Positions 8,101 through 17,100 of a DNA stretch of 25,433 nucleotides are shown here, in pieces. Location: positions 1-25,433 of the IMG/VR virus record IMGVR_UViG_3300021352_000011. One strand, 5' to 3'. This stretch comes from a virus. Lineage: Duplodnaviria; Caudoviricetes. The notes beneath the pieces are model-generated. The model saw only the letters and a list, made by a program, of their open reading frames with translations. It did not search any database and was not told the DNA's origin. The translations under genes and the position numbers were made by a program. How positions within the stretch are numbered: the stretch's first letter is position 1; every line of letters begins with the position of its first letter.

Positions 8101-11100
8101 ATTGTGTACCATCAATTGTAATTGTTGGTGCTGACAAATATCCAGAACCAACACTTACCATTTTAACCCAACTAATTTTTCCACCTGTACCGATATATGC
8201 TTGTGCTTTAGCACCTGTTCCACCACCTCCATTAAGTTTAAGAATAGGAGGTTCAAGATAACCTGTTCCACCGTTAGCAATCTGTATTGCTATAACTTCA
8301 TAACCTAAATTATCTTGCCAATGTTTATTTGGATATGTTGCAAGTCCTGGATCTTCGCCATATAACACATCATCTTTAATTTTTAATGATGAAGGAATAA
8401 TTCTTCCATCTTGTACACTATAAGCTGGAGGTAAATCAAAATCTGTTACGCTAGATTGTGTATTATCTATCTTTGTATAAGAAGTTAAATATTCTCTAAT
8501 CTTAGTTTTATACGGTTTAGTTTCTTCAATAAATTTTTCATAACTTGGAAGATTATCGTTTTGGAATGTAATCTTCTCAGTTAACTCTCCAATATTATGT
8601 TTAGCTTTAAGGAAACTTGTTTTAAATACCCAATCTACAAATTTTTGTTCAGAAAGTACATAACGTAAACTTGACGCAAATAACTTATTATATTCAACTG
8701 CAAGATCATTTATAAAAATATCGTCACGTAATGCTTTTAAAATTATTCTAAATTCGTGAACTGGCTGATTATCATAATCTGATGTATCATAACTTAAACT
8801 ATCATAACCTATATTCCATGCTGGATAATTATATAAACCGGTAGAAAACATAATTGTTCCTTTTTCCTTGCCAATTGTTATATAATTTGTAGTATAGTCT
8901 GCATCTGGAACGTCTTTAATTTTTCTCAATAATAACCAACCACCTGTGCCAACTGTTTTAATTTTAATAACATCACCTAAGCTATCACTTAATGCTGTTA
9001 ATTGATAACTTTCATCAATTAGATGATTAATTTGTGTAAATTGATTATATCCTGTAGCATACCAATCAATATAATCCCAAAATTCAGGAACATTATAACT
9101 TTGACTATCTGTTCTTTCCCAAATAGCTGTTATACTATTATAAGCATGAATTGACCACTTACCTTTAATATTTTCATCTGTTTTAACAAGTGTACTATAT
9201 TTTCGAACTTCTATTCCGCTCTCTATAGAATAATCTCTACCAGGATGTTTAACTGTTGCAGTAACAACTTTTCCTAACGTATCAAGTGTTGTAATAAGCT
9301 CAGCACCTCTACCATTACCTATATTAGTAAATTCATATGACGGTGGTACTTTATAACCTCTACCTGGGTCAGCAATTTCAACTCTAGCTAACTTACCATT
9401 TTCCCAGATTGGTGTTAATTTTGCTTGTTTAATATTTGCAGTTCCAACAAATACCATTTCTGCATAAGTATCAATAGATTGATCAAACTTACCAGAATTA
9501 ATAGTAGGTAGTTTATCAACTTCTTGCAAAGCACTAATATCATAATCATCAACAATAATATGCATTTTAACAATACGATTAACTCTTTCAATAAGTTGTT
9601 TTACTGCTTCTAATCTGTTTACAAACCAACTTTGTCGTGGTTTATTTAAATTACCATATCTTTCTTTAAAACTTAAATCAGGATTTGGAACAGCTCTATA
9701 ATTTAAATCCCAACCAATTAAACTATCATACCATTTAAGTTCTATATCTGTTTTAGGTCTACTAGTTGCTAAACCTTCACTTAAAAGTTGAAATTCGTTA
9801 TGAATATTAGTTGGATTATCAATTTTCCAATAACGGAAATTAACTGCTGAAGTATCAGCATTAAATAATGAATCGCAATTATACAATGCAAATTTGTTTT
9901 CACTATATAATGCCGCAAACTTATAACCTTGAGATTTAGGATCTTCAATTAATTGTGCTACATCGTATGCACTTGTTTTTCTCCAATCTACATTAGGAAT
10001 ATACTTTTTATTTTTAACCCAATAATAATATTTGTTTGAAAAACTCTGTGCTTGTTTATCAAATACTTTAACTGATGATAATGTAGAATCGTCAGTAAAT
10101 TTAGGTTGTCCACTAATTCCTTTTGCTAATCCTTCTTCTGTATCTGCTAATGTTGACCATTGTGAAGGTTTATAAGTTGTTTCAACCCATTCATAAATAT
10201 CAACTGTTGATCCTATAAATAACTTACTCCAAGTTGCTGTTTGATAAATTATGTCTCCTTGGTAAGGATTATGGTATTTTACTGTACTTAGATCCCACCA
10301 TATTTTTCCAACATATTGTTTATTCCAAGCATTCCCTTCATCAACAACAGACACTTCTCCACCTATTGTATATGTTGCTGGATCATATAATGTTTTATAA
10401 GCAATTTCTTCTTCGGCTGTGCCTGCAATTTTTCCTTGGATGGGGTCAATATAATCTATTTGACTAGCAAGTAAATTTTTTGCAGTATCATAAACAAACA
10501 CGCCTTTAAATTTTGATACATCTATTTGGCTAATTGGAGTACGTAATGCCTTCCAGGACAAAACATTCCTATCACGTCTAAAATCAATTATTGTTCCCAT
10601 AAAATTATCATCTGGAGTAATAGTTAATTCTGGCATTCCAACATAAACATGATTATCTGTAAACACTACATAATCGCCAAAGCGTCTTGTTACAGGATTA
10701 TTATAAACAAATTTTTCACTATAAATTAATGTATCATTAAATCTTTGGAAAATAAGAACTTGTCCACTATCTTCATTTGCAGTTTTAAACTGAGTAAGAT
10801 TATTATCGAACGTTGTACTTACAACTGTAGTATTTGTATCGTATGTTGTAGTTGCAATAAGATCACCACCACGCGACGAAATAGCTAAATTGTTTTTATC
10901 AAAGTCTAATGTTGCCCCGAATCGTTCTGCTACATCATTTTCTGGACTATAAAGTGTTTGTGACCATATGAAGCTACCTGATACTTGCCTATACACATAA
11001 ACAGCACCGTTATTAGTATCTATTTCGTCCTGAAGTGGAGCCCCTATTGCAATCATAGTTCCATCATCAGAAACTGCAATAGAGTCTCCAAATCCTATAT

Positions 11101-14100
11101 CTACAGTTGGTGTTACTATTGCTTGACTAAATTCATAGTGTCCATTGTTTAATCTATAAACAAGTACCTTAGGATTACTATCAGAAAATTCAGCTACAAC
11201 AACTAAAACATTTCCATCTTTATTAGTTGTAAAGTGTTTGCCAAAGTCTGTTAAGGTTGTTTGGTCTACAACTGTTTCACCGTCAACACTTAAACTAGTA
11301 TTATTAGGAATATAACCTATATAATCTATATGGTTTGATAATTCTGTCCATAACGTTACACTAAACGTACTAGGTAGTAAATTCGTTTTACTTTGATAAA
11401 ATTTTTGTTGATATAAAACAATATCATTTTCATAATATGCTATTGAATCACTATAAACACCTTTATAATTTTTGTTCTTACCAGTTGCATAATCATATGT
11501 GTTTCCAGTTGCGTCCTCACCGTGATTAAAGAAATACACCCTTCCTGGATTTTCAACAGTATTAACATCTTCAGTACTAACATACAAATAATGTAATTTG
11601 TCATTTGTAGCAAATTCTACTTGCTTACCAAAATATTTGTTATTTGCATTATGTTCAGAAATGTATCCATAATTTAATGAATATTGACCACTAGCTGTTT
11701 TATCATAAGTTAAAATAATTCCTTCATTAGTATATGCACTTGCTTCGCCATCAGTGTGTGCTGGAATATTAAGTTTTTGTACCCAGTCTTTGTTTAATGG
11801 TGTTGGATAATTAGGTGTTCTAGCAATTCCACTAACTGTACTGCTTGAATAAAAATGTACTTCTAAGTCATTTTGAAACGTTGACGAAGTGACAGGTAAC
11901 TGAGATGAATCCGGGTTCTTAACAACAACCATTTTACCTGCATTCGCAGAATCCATATCCGCATGATCTAACCTCCCCGATAAACGATTTACGCCTAGAC
12001 TAATACCATCTTTAATACTAATTGTACTAGTTTCGCCATTATTAACTCCGAACTTAAATGTTCCTATTCTATCTTTTACATATAATCTACACGTTAGTAA
12101 TTGCTCTTGTAAATATGTAACCTCAGCTGTAGCACCTGTAATATTATCAATAATAACTTGTCCTTCTTGCGGAATATAAGGATTTCCACTACCGTCAAAG
12201 TTTGTAAATGTTATATCAACAAAGCCTGACCACAAACCATGAATTATATGTGTTGGATCATTTAAGTGTGCAAATGTTAAACCTAATGATGCTGGATCAA
12301 ATACTGAAATTGGGGCGACGCCGCCTCTAATAGTATTAACCCACATTTTAAAAGTCTCTGATACATTAACAATATCTGTAAAAACTTTAGGAGCTCTTAT
12401 AAACCAAAGCTCACTTAAATTAGGTAATCCATTTTTATCATAATAACTTAGATGTCCTAGTCTTCCACCTCTTGTTGGATCTGGAACAAGACTTAATGCA
12501 CGAACTTCATTCATTGTATTACCAAATATAACTGGTGAACGTGATTCAGCTTGGGTAATAAAATCTTGCCCTATAATATTTGGAATTGTTATTTCTTGTG
12601 CTGATACTGTTGTAGTAAAACTAGGTAAACCTTCAATTTTCCACCATCCACTAAATGTAGATGCCGCTGAAGTTGGATTAACTAATGAAAATGTTCCGCA
12701 ACTTTGTGCATTTAAAGTAAGTGTATCAGTAGCATTAAATCCTCCACTAACATCTTTTATATAAAGTATTGCTTGACTAACATTTTCAATTCTAATATAT
12801 GCTACTTCACCTATAGCAGTACTTGATGATACTGAATCTCCAACTACTGGAATACGTATTATATTATCAACATATAATACTGCATCAATCTTGTCCGCAA
12901 TAGTTTTGCTACCTTCAAATGCCGCTACGCCTGGCCCTGTTGCACCCCACGGTAAAATACCGTCTGGATAGTTTTGTGAAAATTCATTCCAATTAAGAAC
13001 TACTGTATCACCTTGTGATGATCCTTCATACTGTTCAAGTGGAGCTCTAATTAACATATGATCTGTAGTAACATCTAACCCATAATCACCTCTTATAGCA
13101 TAAACTATAGAAGGATATGAATTATTTCCACTATTATAATTTGCTTCTTCTATAAATGATGTTGACCAAAAACTTGGAAACGTTAATGCGCCAGTTGCCG
13201 CTGTAATTGGAAATTGAGCTTCCCAGAAAGTTTCTAAATACTTAATAATATCGCCGGCAACATAAGCTATTCCACCATCAAAGTCACCCTTCCATTTATT
13301 TTTTACATTACTAGCATTCGGGGCACTAATAACTAAATGTTTTCCATCATTACTTAATGCAATACTAGAACCGAATTTTCCTGGGCCTGTATAAAGATCA
13401 GTTGGTGCAGTAATAGTTTGTCTATGATAATAATCTACATTATCTGAAACTCTAATAAAAACATAAACTTTTTCTTGTTCACTAGCTGATGCAACTAAAA
13501 TAGTATTTCTATCATCAGTTGCAAAAACTTTACCAAACAAATGCCCTTCACCAGTTGCTAAATTAGATATTTGTTGATGTGAACTGTATGTTGGTATATT
13601 TTGTAATACAGTCCAATCACCAGTATCATCATCATCAACCCAAATTAGTTCACCTGTTTGTAATTCACTATTAATAATTCTAGTATTTGCGTCTGACATT
13701 GACGCTACTCTGGCTGATATAAATGTAGTAACAAATCCGTCTGCTACTTCTACATCTTCTGTTTCACCGTTTGCATAACAAACAATAGTATCTAATACTA
13801 TTTCTTTAACTTTAAAAAATTTCTCAGCACCAACAACATCAAGTACTCCAATAATACCATCGTTAGATGCTTTAGCAATATAAGAGAGGACCTCTCCTAT
13901 TTGATTATCAAGTTGTATTGTTATTGTGCCAGCGGCAATATCAGAAGTTACAGCTTTAACTCTGTCTCCTGTTCCTACATACTTAACAACGTCCCATGAT
14001 GTTCCGCGTGAGCCTGTCCATACATAATCACCAACGTTTAAATCTGTAAGAGTAGCATTAAGAATATCATCAAATTTTGCAACTGTTAATTTAACATCCT

Positions 14101-17100
14101 GCTCATTAACATATCCTGCTGTTTGAACATATTCAGAAAATACTGTACGTTTAGGAAATGGTTTATGATTATAATTATTAGGTTTAAGATAAACTTCAAA
14201 TGGTCTTATACGATAAATTAAATCAGTTTCTGTTCCTGAAACAGTATCAACTAATTCTACTGGTTGCGGAGATAACTTAAATCTAGCTTCGTCTAATTTA
14301 AATTCTACTTCGTCAAATCCATCTACAGAACCATACTGTCCTAATTTAACAGCCCATTCTTCGTAAAAATTAATACTATCTTGATCTGCACTACTTAAAG
14401 CATCAAATAATTTTGTTAAACTATTTTGTGTTCCCTTGTCTTGAATATATCCTTGATAAAATTTATATTGACTAACATCATCATTAATAATATTTGCAAG
14501 ATAATCTCTTTTTTGATATCCTATAAGATGTTGTGCTATTTTTTGTTGCTCTGTATCAAAGTTATCAGTATCTAAATCATAATAATCTTTAAATTGTTTT
14601 GCTTTATAATCCAAATTAGGTATTAACTGAGCTTCAGGCTTTGATGATAACCTTTCCCAATTAGATGCATCAAAATCGGCTACGCCAGGAATTTTTATTT
14701 TAGCAATATAATAAAACTCTTTATATTGTACCGTATCACCTATAGCATAATCTTTATATGATTTCCACTCGTTAACAACTACATTATCATAAACAAATCC
14801 TGGAATATTTAAAGAGCCTTTCCAGTCATCAGTTCTGTAACCTAAAACTTTAATCCGCTCTTGTCTATATCCTGGTTCTAAATCATAAATGATATCATTA
14901 AAAACTGTATGATTATCAAGTAGACAAACGTGTTCTTTTTGTATTAACGCTAACTTAACAGCATATATACCGTCGGCAGTATTTCGTGGAGTTACCTGGA
15001 ATTCATTATTATTACTTCTATAAACTTGAACAAATTCTTTATCAAGTTTCCTACCGTCTGCTTTTAAAAGTGTGTAATCATGAAAGCCATCAAAAATATT
15101 ATCAGCAACATAATAGTCTCTTTTAAACTTTAACTTATTAGCGCCAGGACTTAAAGTTATAACACTATCTTCTTGCCAGTTTTGTGTAGTCCAGAATAAA
15201 AATTCTTTAGCACTTAACTCCCAATTTTCAACTACTTCAATTGCAGGATTAAAATAATTAAAATCAAACCCTTGTGCTTCTAACCACTTGCTATAACCTA
15301 ATAAAAAGTCAACAACCTCTTGAACAGTTGTTAACAAAGTACCATAAGCTAATTCCTTTATAGAAGTAGTATCATACTGACGTCTAAAAAATGCTTCTCT
15401 ACCACCAGTTACTGGTAACTCGACTAGTCTAGCAAAAAAGTCTGCCTGAAATGAATCTGTACTAGTATGAGCTTCTTTAACTCTATAATATTCTTGATTA
15501 AATGCTACAGTTTGTCCAAGTACATATACTTGATTTGGTTTCCAATCAAGAAATGAATCAGTGACACCGCCAACTCTTGCAACAGGATCATCTGCTAATT
15601 CGAGTGCCTTAAAATATTTCAAATAAGGATTAGTTTTATCGTATCCTTTTATAATAAATCCTGCGGCTTTCTTTTCAATCATAATGCCGCTATAACTAAC
15701 TAAATCAACTACAGAACTTGTATTTAAAAATATCTTATAGTTTTCATCAGGAACAAAAACGTTACCTTCATTATACGGAGTTCTACTATCTAATATTAAT
15801 TTAAACTTATCTTTATGTGTAAATCCAGCAACTTTAAGTCCTAACTGATTTTTTACAGATTTTAAAGATTTCATATAACCAGTATACGTACCTAATGACT
15901 CTGAATTAATATAATCGCAAATATAATTAATTAATCCTGAAGTATTAACTCGAGTAGTATCTAAAACTGTATTTGGAAAAACTACATCTTCTAATCTAAG
16001 TCTTCTACTAGTTTCACTATAAACAATTTCTTTTGCTGGGTTTCTAATTATCCTTGATCTATCAAATGCTAGTCCCATAATTTTAGTTGGCTGATTAAGG
16101 ATCCAACTACAAATAAATGCGAATGGATATTCACTACTTCTTCGCCAAGCTGTTTCTGTTGGGGCTTCGTCTCCGAATATAAATTCTTTATCTGTTAAAA
16201 CAAGAACATAATTTTTAGCAAAGTTGCTATCTAATGGGCTTAATAAATTACCTTCACCGTCAACAGGAATATGTTTTGTAACATCTTTTCTAGCATACGC
16301 TGTAAGATAATTTAATGCTTTATCTGGCTCTCTAATTATACCATCTTCAATATCTTTCCATAAAATCTTATTTTCTCTAGTGTATGGTGCTGGACCATAT
16401 ACTGTTTTCCACCAAGTTGGTTCAATAGTATATCCTAATATTTCCCAAGGGTGTGTATGCGGGCGATCAGTATCATATGCTTCTTTATAAATTGCTCTCC
16501 AGTAACCAGGTAGTTTAGCTCCTTTAGGAGACATCATACTACTATAATTAAATGTAAAACTATTTGTTCTATCATAAAAACTATGATCTGTGTAATCTAA
16601 GTTACCAACGTTATCTAGCCAACCTACAAAATCTGTAATTAATGCTTTATCCCTTGCCCATTTACTAAAACCAGTATCTCTAGATTCACCACCAATAAAT
16701 TCGTGTATGTCTAAGATAGTCGAATCATATTGTGTTTTTATGTTATTAAAAATTCTATTTTCTAATTCTAATAACAGCTCATCTCTAAAATCACCATAAC
16801 AAACAAAAATATTTCCGTCGTGTCCTTGAATAACTTCTGTAGGTGTTTGATAAGTGTTGTCAATGTATTTTACAGGTTTATACTTTGGATATAATCCTAA
16901 TTTTGTAGGAGTTGGTGGAATATAACTTCCGTCAGTACTTTCATATTCATAAATATCAATTATATCATCAACCACTTTAGTTGCTGTAATTGTTACAAAC
17001 CCTATATGATCAGTTTCAAATATATAATCTATACCATGTTGTAATTGAACTTTATTTTTATAAATGTAAACAGCCCGGTTAGATAACGTGTTTAAATTAA

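Noticed and set aside
10214-10467. Perfect TATAAATA on the plus strand (10214-10221) just before the 77-aa ORF 10234-10467
   Set aside because: An all-A/T 8-mer is expected a few times by chance in 25 kb of AT-rich DNA. The ORF has a TTG start, no SD and a non-protein-like composition, and is antisense to the giant gene.
11730-13310. Intein or intron as the explanation for the large in-frame insertion
   Set aside because: No intein splice motifs (N-terminal C/S block, C-terminal HN followed by C/S/T) and no LAGLIDADG or HNH motifs were recognised. The insert looks like structural beta domains.
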